Origin: Giardia intestinalis
Lineage: Eukaryota
Strand: one strand, 5' to 3'
DNA length: 64,000 bases
Assembly (NCBI GenBank): GCA_000002435.2
Contig: CM018789.1
Shown here: positions 1 to 9,548 of the stretch, piece after piece
Position numbering within the stretch: position 1 is the stretch's first letter
Layout: each line of letters opens with the position of its first letter
Position numbers and translations under genes: made by a program
The notes under the pieces: model-generated
What the model saw: only the letters and a program-made list of their open reading frames with translations
Database searches by the model: none
What the model was told of the DNA's origin: nothing

Positions 1-843
1 AGAGGAGGACGATCCTCTCAAAAGCTCTTGTATAGCTAAGTCTAGTGACGTGCACTTGTGTAAATACACATGTTCTAATGCAGTGGCTAGTGTCCGAACA
101 TCGCCACTCACCGCTGTCAGCGCAGTAGCAATAAAGCTCCGCATGCTCATCCCGGCTTGTATCTTGAACCTTTTCTGAAAGGCAATAGCAACCTTGTCCG
201 CTGCGGGCATTGCTAGATGTACAACGGCAGAAAGCTCCCGAAATTGTCGTACATTACGCGCATATGCGTCGGTTGCTAGCAAAATGACGGGATGCTGTCT
301 TCTGATGAACTTGGAGAGTTGGCCTGTTTTAACCTTTTTATCATAAGAAAGCAATCTTCGAAATAAATTATTTTGATACTGTTGAGTACTAAAGCAATCT
401 ATATTATCAAGAATTAAGATGTGCCTGGGCATTGAGGGCTCCTTCCCTGCTGCCCGCATGAGCAATGGGTTAAGCGACGAACTCTGAACCCCGAAGATAG
501 ACTCATACAGGCGTGGATCCTCCTCGTCGATGCAGTCAACAAGTAAGGGATCATACCCAAAGGCCCGAGAAACATACTTTGCTAAACTAGTCTTTCCCAC
601 TCCTGTGGGCCCATATATAAGCAGACACCGTCTGTACGGAAGGCCATTCTGAAGTGTCCGAAAGTGGTCAGACCAATAGCGCTGACCTTTTGAAAAGATT
701 GCCGGGCCTTGTGTCAAACGTTGTCCACCTGTACTTTTGGAAAAATAGAGCTCCCATAAATGCATCCATCCATAGATAAGCTCTAGCGAGTCATCATCCA
801 TCACAAGGTCTGTGTAGCTCTCTAGGAGCACAGTGGAAGTCAT
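1..843 (-). CDS. Partial CDS (N-terminal 281 codons; 3' end beyond window start): RFC/Rad17-like AAA+ clamp-loader subunit
   Basis: Absent from the ORF track because it runs off the window edge. The reverse complement from ATG (plus-strand 'cat' 841-843) is stop-free to position 1. It contains Walker A 'IYGPTGVGKTSLAKYV', a Walker-B-like 'HILILDNID' and a sensor-2-like 'GDVRTLATALEHV' (cf. RFC 'GDMRxxLNxLQ'). Family-level call only (Rad17/RFC1/Ctf18 not distinguishable). Confidence 0.55.
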   Translation of the reverse strand, partial: MTSTVLLESYTDLVMDDDSLELIYGWMHLWELYFSKSTGGQRLTQGPAIFSKGQRYWSDHFRTLQNGLPYRRCLLIYGPTGVGKTSLAKYVSRAFGYDPLLVDCIDEEDPRLYESIFGVQSSSLNPLLMRAAGKEPSMPRHILILDNIDCFSTQQYQNNLFRRLLSYDKKVKTGQLSKFIRRQHPVILLATDAYARNVRQFRELSAVVHLAMPAADKVAIAFQKRFKIQAGMSMRSFIATALTAVSGDVRTLATALEHVYLHKCTSLDLAIQELLRGSSSS

Positions 844-869
844 TCTATTTATTATTAAAAAGCATCTCA
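844..869. promoter_or_regulatory. 26-bp AT-rich divergent intergenic region (putative bidirectional initiator/promoter)
   Basis: Sequence 'tctatttattattaaaaagcatctca' lies between a minus-strand ATG (843) and a plus-strand ATG (870). Giardia promoters are short AT-rich elements immediately 5' of the ATG (established knowledge). Confidence 0.4.
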
Positions 870-2093
870 ATGTCAGCAGAGCCCGCTGATTATCCGCACA
901 ACATTGGGGTCTCTGAGCGAGTTTTTCAAGAGTACATAGATTGCACAAAAAAGAACGACGCTCTAAAGTTTATAACGATCACCAATCAGGCGAATTTACC
1001 TCTGTCCAAGTACAAAAAGCACTCCTTAGATGAATACATGGCCATGGAAGAGACACAATTAACAATCTCGTACTTCTGCCATAGAAGCTTAGTCGAGGGC
1101 GCGCAGATCACTGTTGACGAAATCAACCTGGAAGGGGAGGCGTCATCATACCTTTGCTTCCGGAACAGTCGAACAAGCATGGAGATATATTTTCCCATTA
1201 TATCAACTAGTACTCTTACTGTGATTTTATTGCAGAAGCTCACTGTCTATGGATTGGGGTCGCAGCTCGAGCAAGCGATTAAGCAACATGTTAATGATAG
1301 AATTATCAGCAAACTATACAGTTACTTTTGCATGGGGCAAAACGATTCTCTAAACGCTCCCAAGAAATATGGGTCTATCTGCAACTTCTTTTTCAATATC
1401 GTTAGGCAGTGTTTGCGAATAAATCCTGTTGGTCCGTGTCTATACTGTGGATCTCCAATCTATGGACTCCCTGGTCGCGTTTCAGCTGCAACCGGAGACA
1501 TTCATTCGGATATTGCAATTGCCGTCAACCTGAACTTTCCCTTAGAACTGTTCGGCTCGGACACGTTGGAGAAGTATTACCCATCGCTTGAGAGCTCGTT
1601 GCCGAGTCGCCTGTACGCATTCACGGAGATAGGAGACTCTGGGGCATACACCCTCCCATTCTATACTCATCCCACCTTGGTTTTGTGCGATAACTTTGTG
1701 GATTTGATGAATGTGGTTTACGCTGAACAAGGAGATTTTGTTCCTGTCGTGAAGTCCAAGTATAACACTTTCACGGACGATGATGCTGCCATGGACCTTG
1801 TAACCTATGAATTAACTAAGACCAAATCCGGGCTTTCCGTGGAATTAAAGGGAGAACAGACCAATATTCCCCGTCCTAGTCACAGCACTTCGCTGTTTTA
1901 CCCTTACCACAATGCATGTGCTGACACCATCAGAGCCGTCCACGATAGGATTAATAAGGATGCAGTTTTGGGAGAAAACACAGAGGAGCTGAAAGAGCGG
2001 GTGAACTCAATGAATACTTATTATACCAAAGTTATCAGGGAGGTACGAGATAAGCTTAAGGTGTTTGCAGCGCAAAATCGCACTGGAGCATAG
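870..2093 (+). CDS. Hypothetical protein, 407 aa; possible Pol-beta-like nucleotidyltransferase motif
   Basis: ATG start with AT-rich upstream, TAG stop at 2091-2093. Segment 'CGSPIYGLPGRVSAATGDIHSDIAIAV' loosely fits the NTase signature hG[GS]x(n)D[hx]D. Otherwise no recognisable domain. Confidence 0.55.
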   Translation: MSAEPADYPHNIGVSERVFQEYIDCTKKNDALKFITITNQANLPLSKYKKHSLDEYMAMEETQLTISYFCHRSLVEGAQITVDEINLEGEASSYLCFRNSRTSMEIYFPIISTSTLTVILLQKLTVYGLGSQLEQAIKQHVNDRIISKLYSYFCMGQNDSLNAPKKYGSICNFFFNIVRQCLRINPVGPCLYCGSPIYGLPGRVSAATGDIHSDIAIAVNLNFPLELFGSDTLEKYYPSLESSLPSRLYAFTEIGDSGAYTLPFYTHPTLVLCDNFVDLMNVVYAEQGDFVPVVKSKYNTFTDDDAAMDLVTYELTKTKSGLSVELKGEQTNIPRPSHSTSLFYPYHNACADTIRAVHDRINKDAVLGENTEELKERVNSMNTYYTKVIREVRDKLKVFAAQNRTGA

Positions 2094-2148
2094 GCCACAG
2101 CACCTTTCTATTCCTTGCTTATTTTATTTATGCATTACCGAGGCTGTT

Positions 2149-3153
2149 TTATTCACTGTGTATGGCCGCGACTTTCTGCTTGTGCTCTGTAACTTTTTTA
2201 AAGAAGAGCATTCGATTCAGGGCAGTAGTCCCGCCACATGGTGCGTTAGAGACTAGACTAATTCCTTCCATGAGCCTATCGTCAGTGAGTGGTGTAGTCG
2301 TTGCTAGTGGTATAACGTATAGCTTGGATCGTCTAATTGGCTCCCCTAGATCAAGAATTGACGAGATGATATCGGGAAATGGATGGATAACTGATCGGTA
2401 TTTCCAAGTATTGCTCACACTGACACATGCAGCCTTCTTATTAGAGAGGCGTGACTCGTTAAACAGCTGGAGATTCAATGCTGGCTTCAAGACTACTCGG
2501 CCGTTTGTTGGAGAGCACTCCGGGAAGAAGAGAACAGATGCATCTTCTCCTAGTTTTTCTAGTCTGCTGAGAATACGCTTGAAGCTATCAATTGTGGCTG
2601 CCGATGAAAAGTCTATGGAACTGACGTTAGGTGGTTCTTTGACATTTCTGCAACGCTGATCATAGATGCATAGAAGAATAAATGCCTTGACCGGTGTCTC
2701 AATCCTATGAGTCAGGCCTCCTCTGTCTTCTGATGTATACCAGGGAACATGCACGTACGTTGGAGAGAGATGATAAATGTATATGAGTAGGTCTGTCGGG
2801 GTAGTAAGATTACCAAACAACAAAGAATACTTTTCTGCAAAGACCTGTTGGGCACGGTTAGTCTTTGTGGACTTGAATGCTGGCACACGATAGAAGCCGT
2901 TCAGGATAAGCAGCAGTCGAGCAAAGTACGTGTTTATACACCTCATCCTTACAATGACAGCTGATAGGTACCACAGGAAAAGAACTTGAACAGTAAGAGG
3001 AGCTCTTACTGTAATCAAAAGGGGCGCCAGAAGGTAAGCTCTAAGGAAGGCCCAGGATCTCTCAAGCATCCCCCAATCAGAGGTTGCAGGGACACGCTCG
3101 TCAAATGGACATCTCCCCGTGATCTGATCGGCCAGCCCGTGGTATTTTTCCAT
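2149..3153 (-). CDS. Hypothetical membrane protein, 334 aa; lysophospholipid-acyltransferase (LPLAT/AGPAT)-like motifs
   Basis: ATG = rev-comp of 3151-3153, AT-rich 5' context. N-terminal hydrophobic segment 'LLAPLLITV...VLFLWYLSAVIV'. 'VLFFPECSPTNGR' resembles acyltransferase motif III 'FPEGTR', and 'LLCIYDQRCRN' resembles motif II 'FIDRxN'. Putative motif I reads 'NLTTPTD' (N-x5-D but lacks the catalytic His). Confidence 0.5.
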   Translation of the reverse strand: MEKYHGLADQITGRCPFDERVPATSDWGMLERSWAFLRAYLLAPLLITVRAPLTVQVLFLWYLSAVIVRMRCINTYFARLLLILNGFYRVPAFKSTKTNRAQQVFAEKYSLLFGNLTTPTDLLIYIYHLSPTYVHVPWYTSEDRGGLTHRIETPVKAFILLCIYDQRCRNVKEPPNVSSIDFSSAATIDSFKRILSRLEKLGEDASVLFFPECSPTNGRVVLKPALNLQLFNESRLSNKKAACVSVSNTWKYRSVIHPFPDIISSILDLGEPIRRSKLYVIPLATTTPLTDDRLMEGISLVSNAPCGGTTALNRMLFFKKVTEHKQKVAAIHSE

Positions 3154-3165
3154 TTAATTAAAGCA
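3154..3165. promoter_or_regulatory. 12-bp divergent intergenic spacer between head-to-head ATGs
   Basis: Sequence 'ttaattaaagca' lies between the minus ATG (3153) and the plus ATG (3166). Confidence 0.35.
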
Positions 3166-3618
3166 ATGTCTTTGTACAGTAGCCGGTTTAGCATTGCGTC
3201 CTTCGACCCCGAGTGCGTCAAATACTACGACAATATAGGAAGGGTGCTACTAGAGTCCACTGATGACCCTGATGTTTTTCTGACCCTCGATTACAATCTC
3301 GAGCTTTATCCCAAGTTGAACAAAAACGCGCGGTCACTGGAGGTGCAGATACTCTCCAGTATCTCATATCAGGACTTCAATGTTAGTGCAGACTCTCCTA
3401 ACTATGACCCAAAACTCTCCGAGATCCTTCACGACGCCTACCCAGACTTAGATTATGCTATGCACGGCACTGTATTTGAGTTTCGCGCCGTTGGCGATAA
3501 AGTCGACATGTTCATATCTTTTGGGGGGCTCATCGCCAAGCTCCAGGCGCCAGCATTCAGGCTTGAGCGCTTCAAGTTCGGCATGAAGCTCTATCTATTG
3601 TGCTGCAATACTATGTGA
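3166..3618 (+). CDS. Hypothetical protein, 150 aa (track ORF 2986..3618 trimmed to first ATG)
   Basis: The track ORF starts with TTG at 2986 and overlaps the upstream minus-strand gene. The first in-frame ATG (codon 61, 'MSLYSSRF...') sits 12 bp from the divergent gene's ATG in AT-rich context. No domain recognised. Confidence 0.4.
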   Translation: MSLYSSRFSIASFDPECVKYYDNIGRVLLESTDDPDVFLTLDYNLELYPKLNKNARSLEVQILSSISYQDFNVSADSPNYDPKLSEILHDAYPDLDYAMHGTVFEFRAVGDKVDMFISFGGLIAKLQAPAFRLERFKFGMKLYLLCCNTM

Positions 3619-3664
3619 ACTGAGAGTCTAACTGATTTACTTTCACTGGAATACGTATCGATGC

Positions 3665-6600
3665 CTATGCAGAGGGAATGATGGTGGAGATCGTGCGAAC
3701 TACTGCCTCCTTCTTCTCAGGGGTTACGATAGATGAGCAGTGAGTTGCGTAGTACATGGCTGTACGATTGTTGCTATCACGGAGCTCTGCCTCCAGAGAA
3801 ACAAGACACATCACAGCGTCCAAGGATCCATTGTAGCAGGCGTGCATGAGCGCGGAGCACTGATTGCCGATTGAAATGCCAGTCTTATCCTGGAGACCTC
3901 CCTCAAGAGGCATGAGAAGCCGCACCACTTCAGGTTTGTTGCTGCGTGCGGCGTACATAAGGGCGGTCATTCCATTGTTTGACCTGAGCCTGCTCTCACG
4001 TTTCTTGAGCATATTAACAAAGCAGGTATTGCCTTTGTATGCCGCGTACATAAGCGCAGTCTTGCCATCCTTGTCCTGCAAACCAGATTGAACCTGGAAC
4101 AACGACCAGCCAAGCAGATAGTCGTCGGCTATGATGGCGTCCATTAACTCTGTCCGTCGTCCTCCTGCTGTGCTGAAGCTAGAGACGTCTGCACCCTCTA
4201 GCTTAGTCAGTAACTGCGCCACCTTAAAGTCTTCCCGTTTGAGGGCCAGGTGCAGGGCCAGTTTGCCATCTTTGCGCCGTAAGCCTCCTTCCAATGGAGC
4301 AAGAAGCCTAATCATGTCTTGGTTTCCTTTATTAACTGCCAACATAAGGGCTGTCGTGCCGTCCTTTAGCTGAGCTTTGGCGTATTGCAGAGCACGATGA
4401 GCAGCGTCAATATTATTGACTAGAACGGCCTGCATTAAGGGCGTGTGCTCTGTAGCCTTGCGTTGCGGTGATTGTGTACCATCGATAATTGTACTGGGCT
4501 TACTAAACCTAGGGCTGCTGCTGGGTCCACCGACAAGGTTAGTCTGGTTCTTGATCGTACTTGAACTGCGGCCGGGACCGGTTTGTGACTGGGGCTGTTG
4601 GGCCTGTTCTCTCGTCAATAGCATGACAGCATCCTGTAGCTGGTTCATCTGTCTCTGAAGATGGTCCAACTTAGCAGAAGAAGCCCCCCTGTCTCCAACA
4701 TATGGAGAAATAATAGAGGGAGAGTCGTGTCGCAGCTGCTGATCATTGACTCGGCCAGAGAAGGGACTTGACTGCTCTAACCTTACTTCAACCCTATCCG
4801 CATCTGTCTCCAACTTATGAATCTTTCCTTTTAAGTCCGTTATGTGGCGTCTGAGTGTCTCTATGTCGCTGAAAGCATCTAGAATAGCATGGTATGTGAG
4901 ATCGGTCATTGTTTCCCCGTCACAAACAGCACTCCGCTTCTCTAAAAGTGATACTAATCTTATATTCTCAGACTGGACCTCATCAATCAGGGCCTTTTGA
5001 TCGTCATTTGCCTTCTTAAGGACACCAAGCTCGTGCCTTAGTTCACCCTGATCATTAAGATCGGCTAACAATTGGTCAACCCTGCCAGTTAAAGATGTGC
5101 ACTCGTTATTCAGATCCTCGATTAACTTGTCCTTCTTATGGTGCTCTTCAGCACCTTTAAGAACTTCAGAAAGCTGTTGTAGAAGGTCCTCCCTTTCATT
5201 TCTTAGAAGCACAAGCGCACCTTTGGATTTGTCCAACTCATCCGAAAGAAGCTTGTTCTCGTTGTTGAGCTGCTTGACTTTGTCTGTGTTACGTTGGTTC
5301 TGAGAAGCGAGCTCTGCACAATTGGGACAGTTCCCGGCGTAATCATACGGGTGATCTTCCCAGCCGTCGTCCCCTCGTTGCTTCTGCTTCCCCCGAGCCT
5401 GTGACGGTGATGATTGCTTTGTTGCTTCAAGAATATCGTTCTGCTGCTTTATGCGCGCTTGCAGCACCTGAATTAAAGACTGGTCGTTTTTCTGGACTTG
5501 TTCTGCATGGTCTCTATAAGAGTCGAATTCCTGTTGTAAGCGGTTCAAGTCTGTATCACTAGATAGAGCAGCTGGTTGTTTTGTAGGTGAAGAGTGTCTA
5601 GGGAAGCGTTGGTGCCTGAGTGTATTTTGCAGAGAAACGATGGCTTCATCCTTCTGTTGAATACGGTTGTTTAGCTCTTGTAATTCGCCTCGTAATTGTT
5701 GAATAATTCGCGAAGCTTCGATATTAGCGCTTAGAGCATCATAGTCATTAGCAACAGACATCCCGGCGTGGGATTTGGCCGCATTTTCCTGTGCCTCAGA
5801 AAGAGATGCGCGCAAGAGAGATATTTCGCGAACCAAGCGGGCTATTTCTTCATCTTTTTCGATCATGCGCCCTGCAATATTCCGACTTTCTGCAGCAAAA
5901 GCCTGTACTTGGTCTGAAAGAGACTGGGCGAGATTATTTTCAACAGCCCCGACAAAGTCCATGTGCTTCTGAAAACGCTCCTGGGCTAAGGTGTATTCTG
6001 CCAACAATGCGTCATAGTCGGCCCTAGGGACAACATCTGCTAAATATTCGTCTGATTCCTGTTCCATAGGATAGAGAGTCTTAGGCGGAAGGATTGCAGT
6101 GGGAATTTGAACTGGCTGCCCATAAGGAGCATATCCATCAGCAGAAAAGTTGATGTCTTGCTGCGCGCTTCGTGATCTCAGAGGAGACGCAGTTCTGCTG
6201 GTCTGCGCACTACGCACCTCATCGAGCTCGGCGTATAACTGGCTTATCTCTTGATCCTTTTCTTCTAAAAGCTTTTGCGTGCGGTGCTGCCCAGAGACGA
6301 ACAAGTTGATCTGATTGCTTACAGTGTCTGCCAAATTGCGCTCCACGGTCTTCGTGAAATTGACGTGATTCTTGAACTTGTTCTGAGTATCTGCTAGAGT
6401 CGTCTCCAGCTCGTGTATCCTCTGCATCAAAGTGTCTATCTGTTTATTTTTCTGGTCCATGAGCTGATGAAGCTTAGCAGTATCAGAGCTGAACGGCCCC
6501 ACAGGTATCTCAGAAATCGTGCTTATTGTGCTCTCCTCCAACTTCATGTGTTGCCCTGGTCCAGAAGTGGCGGTACTGGAAGTAGAGGTAGGGCCAGTCG

Positions 6601-7957
6601 CCCTCTGCGCTAAGGCTGAATGCTGGGCCTCGGTCCGATCTGTCTTCTCCTGAAGCAAGAGTTGCAAGGAAGCAATTATGTTATCCGGTTGGTAGGCGTC
6701 TTCCCTTCCGTGATAGTGAAACGCAATAATCCCTTTGATATTATCTAGCAGCGCTTCTAAGCGCCTTATATTGTGAGTTTTCTCATCCAGTTTTTCTAAT
6801 AGCTTCAAGTTCTCTGCTCTGTAGGTCTTTATCTCCTCAGCAGACGGGGATACATCCATGTTCGGGGAGACACTCCGCAAATCATCAAAGACCCTAGTGT
6901 CACAAGGAGAAATAAGGGGAGCATAGACCTTTGTGAACTCGCAAAGAGAATAATAAAGTAGTTTGGACTCTCTACTTGCGATGTCAAGTTGGTACTTCTT
7001 TAGCGACCGAAAGATGTGAGATAACACTTGAGATTCTGCGTACAAGGATTCATAGGTCAACGAAGCGGCTCGAACATCTGCAGTGTGTAACAGCAAAGAT
7101 TGAAGACGCTGTATCTCATCGTCTCGGTCTTGCAAAAGTCGTTCCCAGTGGTTGGAAGTCCTTGGCCTAAATTCGGTCTTAGGCGAAGATGAAGCTGACA
7201 TTACATTTAGGCTTACTTCGGGAGCAACTGTTGTGCTATATCTGTCGTATCCATCGGTTGATTCCTTCCGACTTCCTGAGGGAAGGTAGTTGCCACGAAA
7301 GTCAGGCTTACTTGATGATATGGGAATAGGCTCAGATTCTATAGATAGTACAGGGGGAGAGCCTTGGAGGGTAGGAGGTCCAGGACTGTTGAGCTCTGCC
7401 TTCTTGTCACAGCGTACCTCACGCAGAAGGTCGACAAGATCGAACTTCTCGCTCTCTTGCGCAAGAGCACTAAGTCGATTGCGTTCATCATCATCTAGTG
7501 GATTGCTCGATAGCAGAATGTGCAGAATTTCCGCATTGCCAATGGCAATGGCAAAGTCAAAGACAGAATGTCCGTCCGCGTCTTTTCTAAGAGGATATGC
7601 GCCGCTTAGATACTCAACCACATCTTTAGCCTCGTAGCTCACGGCAATCATAAAGACATCCTGGTCATTGGCGCCGATAACATTCTTCTCGAGTGGACCC
7701 AGATATGCGCAAATGGGCAGATGGTCCTGCATGGCTGCGAGCATCATGGCTGTGTGGCCTTCTGAATTTAGCATCCCAGACTCCTTTGGGGCGAGCAGCT
7801 CAACAATCTCTAAACTTCCGCGCTTTGCAGCCAGCATAAGGCCTGTTGTCCCAGTTGAATCAGTCCGCCGAGCACAGCCCTCCATTAGTTTCTTTACTGC
7901 AGGGACGTTCCGTGCAGAAATGGCCTGAATCCAGTCATCAGGCGCATCACTACTCAT
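3665..7957 (-). CDS. Ankyrin-repeat / coiled-coil protein, 1430 aa (Giardia 'protein 21.1'-like architecture)
   Basis: ATG at 7955-7957 (rev-comp). N-terminal ankyrin repeats ('GTTGLMLAAKRGSLEIVELL', 'GHTAMMLAA'), a ~800-aa heptad-rich central region, and C-terminal ankyrin repeats ('GTTALMLAVNKGNQDMIRLL', 'GKTALMYAAYKGN', 'GMTALMYAA'). Confidence 0.85.
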   Translation of the reverse strand: MSSDAPDDWIQAISARNVPAVKKLMEGCARRTDSTGTTGLMLAAKRGSLEIVELLAPKESGMLNSEGHTAMMLAAMQDHLPICAYLGPLEKNVIGANDQDVFMIAVSYEAKDVVEYLSGAYPLRKDADGHSVFDFAIAIGNAEILHILLSSNPLDDDERNRLSALAQESEKFDLVDLLREVRCDKKAELNSPGPPTLQGSPPVLSIESEPIPISSSKPDFRGNYLPSGSRKESTDGYDRYSTTVAPEVSLNVMSASSSPKTEFRPRTSNHWERLLQDRDDEIQRLQSLLLHTADVRAASLTYESLYAESQVLSHIFRSLKKYQLDIASRESKLLYYSLCEFTKVYAPLISPCDTRVFDDLRSVSPNMDVSPSAEEIKTYRAENLKLLEKLDEKTHNIRRLEALLDNIKGIIAFHYHGREDAYQPDNIIASLQLLLQEKTDRTEAQHSALAQRATGPTSTSSTATSGPGQHMKLEESTISTISEIPVGPFSSDTAKLHQLMDQKNKQIDTLMQRIHELETTLADTQNKFKNHVNFTKTVERNLADTVSNQINLFVSGQHRTQKLLEEKDQEISQLYAELDEVRSAQTSRTASPLRSRSAQQDINFSADGYAPYGQPVQIPTAILPPKTLYPMEQESDEYLADVVPRADYDALLAEYTLAQERFQKHMDFVGAVENNLAQSLSDQVQAFAAESRNIAGRMIEKDEEIARLVREISLLRASLSEAQENAAKSHAGMSVANDYDALSANIEASRIIQQLRGELQELNNRIQQKDEAIVSLQNTLRHQRFPRHSSPTKQPAALSSDTDLNRLQQEFDSYRDHAEQVQKNDQSLIQVLQARIKQQNDILEATKQSSPSQARGKQKQRGDDGWEDHPYDYAGNCPNCAELASQNQRNTDKVKQLNNENKLLSDELDKSKGALVLLRNEREDLLQQLSEVLKGAEEHHKKDKLIEDLNNECTSLTGRVDQLLADLNDQGELRHELGVLKKANDDQKALIDEVQSENIRLVSLLEKRSAVCDGETMTDLTYHAILDAFSDIETLRRHITDLKGKIHKLETDADRVEVRLEQSSPFSGRVNDQQLRHDSPSIISPYVGDRGASSAKLDHLQRQMNQLQDAVMLLTREQAQQPQSQTGPGRSSSTIKNQTNLVGGPSSSPRFSKPSTIIDGTQSPQRKATEHTPLMQAVLVNNIDAAHRALQYAKAQLKDGTTALMLAVNKGNQDMIRLLAPLEGGLRRKDGKLALHLALKREDFKVAQLLTKLEGADVSSFSTAGGRRTELMDAIIADDYLLGWSLFQVQSGLQDKDGKTALMYAAYKGNTCFVNMLKKRESRLRSNNGMTALMYAARSNKPEVVRLLMPLEGGLQDKTGISIGNQCSALMHACYNGSLDAVMCLVSLEAELRDSNNRTAMYYATHCSSIVTPEKKEAVVRTISTIIPSA

Positions 7958-7966
7958 GCAGAGAAT

Positions 7967-8563
7967 TTATTCAATTCTGGGTGTGAATATCTTGAACGGT
8001 ATGTCCTGTTCGTAGAGCCTAGCAAGGAGCTCATTCGTGGATGTGTCTTGTGAAGGAGAAACCTTGTAGCTACAAAGCTCGATTGGCCGGGTCGTGCCGT
8101 GGGGTAGAATGAACAGGCTGTAGTGACATTTCAAGAACAAGTCGTCCGGATCATGTCCAAGGGACCGCACAATTTTATTATGCAGGTCCCTAAGATGGTA
8201 GTTCCGTGTCAGATAAAGACCCCTGTGTGGTGGAGGATAAGGGGACAGCTCGGAAATCAATCTTTGTAGCATTGAAGCCACGGGTAAATAATTGCACAAG
8301 GCCGTAAGAAGCCCAAAGGGAACGTGCGTATATGGGTGCACCGGCTGAATGTTGGTTATGAGTTCAGGAAAGGTGGCGTCTCCGTTGTAGATGTTACTTG
8401 TCGGTCTAATAGGATAGAAAAACAGAAGAATGGGATACTGCTCTACATGTTCTGGGGCAAGCTGTGCGGCCGAAATCTGCATCCAGGAGCAGCTGACGCC
8501 AATACGTTCAGATGCCCGGTTCAGATATTCCACAGATGGAGGAACCGGCAGCCAATCTTCCAT
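7967..8563 (-). CDS. Hypothetical protein, 198 aa
   Basis: ATG (rev-comp 8561-8563) with A-rich 5' context. Its stop at 7967 lies only 10 bp from the ATG of the downstream ankyrin gene on the same strand. No domain recognised. Confidence 0.55.
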   Translation of the reverse strand: MEDWLPVPPSVEYLNRASERIGVSCSWMQISAAQLAPEHVEQYPILLFFYPIRPTSNIYNGDATFPELITNIQPVHPYTHVPFGLLTALCNYLPVASMLQRLISELSPYPPPHRGLYLTRNYHLRDLHNKIVRSLGHDPDDLFLKCHYSLFILPHGTTRPIELCSYKVSPSQDTSTNELLARLYEQDIPFKIFTPRIE

Positions 8564-8636
8564 TTTTAATGCATGGACCAGAAAAACGTTTACTTCTACC
8601 CATTAGGGCAATGGTAGCTATGTATGAAGACAGGCG

Positions 8637-9548
8637 CTAGTCAAGATATACAGCATAGATTTCATCCTCTATCCTGCACTCATTGACTCCGCGGACAATC
8701 CGGAAGTACCCGTTTTCGCCCCAATCGGGGCCCCAGGAGTTCTTTATAATCCAGTAGTCCGTCCCGTCATCAGTGGTCCCGTAGCCAACTATTTCCAAAG
8801 CATGGAACCCAAGATTGATGGTTCCATAGGTGTGTTTATAGACACCGCTTTCATAGTACGACAGGTCAGCGTACACGACGATCATGGTCTGCAGCGGTCC
8901 GCCAGCGACGAGCATTCCCATTATGGCCGGAACACTCTTGCTCACCTGTCCATATCCATGTGCCTTGTAGAGCTGTATCGGAGATCCGTCGTCACAGACC
9001 GCAGGGCACGGAGACGCTACGGTGTGACCATAGTCAACGTACTTAACGCATTCAGCTGTGGTTGCTCCTGTGAAAGTTAGAAAGCTCCATGTCGGTTGAA
9101 AATCGCCTCCATCACAGCCAAAGTTCTCTAGTGAGCAGGATATGAGGTGTTGCTGCGAGTAGGAGACGGCCTCCTTATCGATGCCCATCGCACAGCGCCT
9201 GTCCCCGAACACTCCTATAGCTGAGAATGCCCAACATCCCCCGCAACTTCCTTGGTCCAGCGCTGGTTTCACGCACTGAGGGTACTCATCACGGAAGTCG
9301 AACTGAGGCGGAATAGGATCTACGAGTTCCTGGACTTCTGTTATCGAAATTGGTGGTAGAGAGCCAGATCTTGCTCTAAGACGGTCGGGACGGATCAGCA
9401 TGCTACGAAATTCATCTTCTGTGACGTTTTCAAACCTTTTTGGCATCCCTGCTTTCCATGGAGGATTGAGAGCCTGAATCCGCCTTAGCTCGGCGCGGCT
9501 CACCAGGGGCTTTGCACAAACTACAGCCAAGAGCAAAGATAAAGCCAT
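8637..9548 (-). CDS. Cathepsin B-like cysteine protease (papain family C1), 303 aa
   Basis: Signal-peptide-like N-terminus. Active-site Cys block 'QGSCGGCWAFSA', His block 'HALEIVGYG' and Asn block 'WIIKNSWGPDWGENGYF'. Collinear with Giardia CP2/CP3-type cathepsin B ('LNPPWKAGMPKRFE', 'DFRDEYPQC'). Confidence 0.9.
   Translation of the reverse strand: MALSLLLAVVCAKPLVSRAELRRIQALNPPWKAGMPKRFENVTEDEFRSMLIRPDRLRARSGSLPPISITEVQELVDPIPPQFDFRDEYPQCVKPALDQGSCGGCWAFSAIGVFGDRRCAMGIDKEAVSYSQQHLISCSLENFGCDGGDFQPTWSFLTFTGATTAECVKYVDYGHTVASPCPAVCDDGSPIQLYKAHGYGQVSKSVPAIMGMLVAGGPLQTMIVVYADLSYYESGVYKHTYGTINLGFHALEIVGYGTTDDGTDYWIIKNSWGPDWGENGYFRIVRGVNECRIEDEIYAVYLD

Noticed and set aside
2986-3165. N-terminal 60 codons of track ORF 2986..3618
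   Set aside because: Starts at TTG and overlaps the well-supported minus-strand gene 2149..3153. Trimmed to the first ATG at 3166.
3864-7928. Multiple 60-115-aa plus-strand ORFs inside the 1430-aa ankyrin gene, and similar antisense ORFs inside other large genes (e.g. 23779..24159, 47374..47832, 50563..50940)
   Set aside because: All are antisense to long, domain-supported CDSs and are explained by the codon bias of the sense strand. No independent support.
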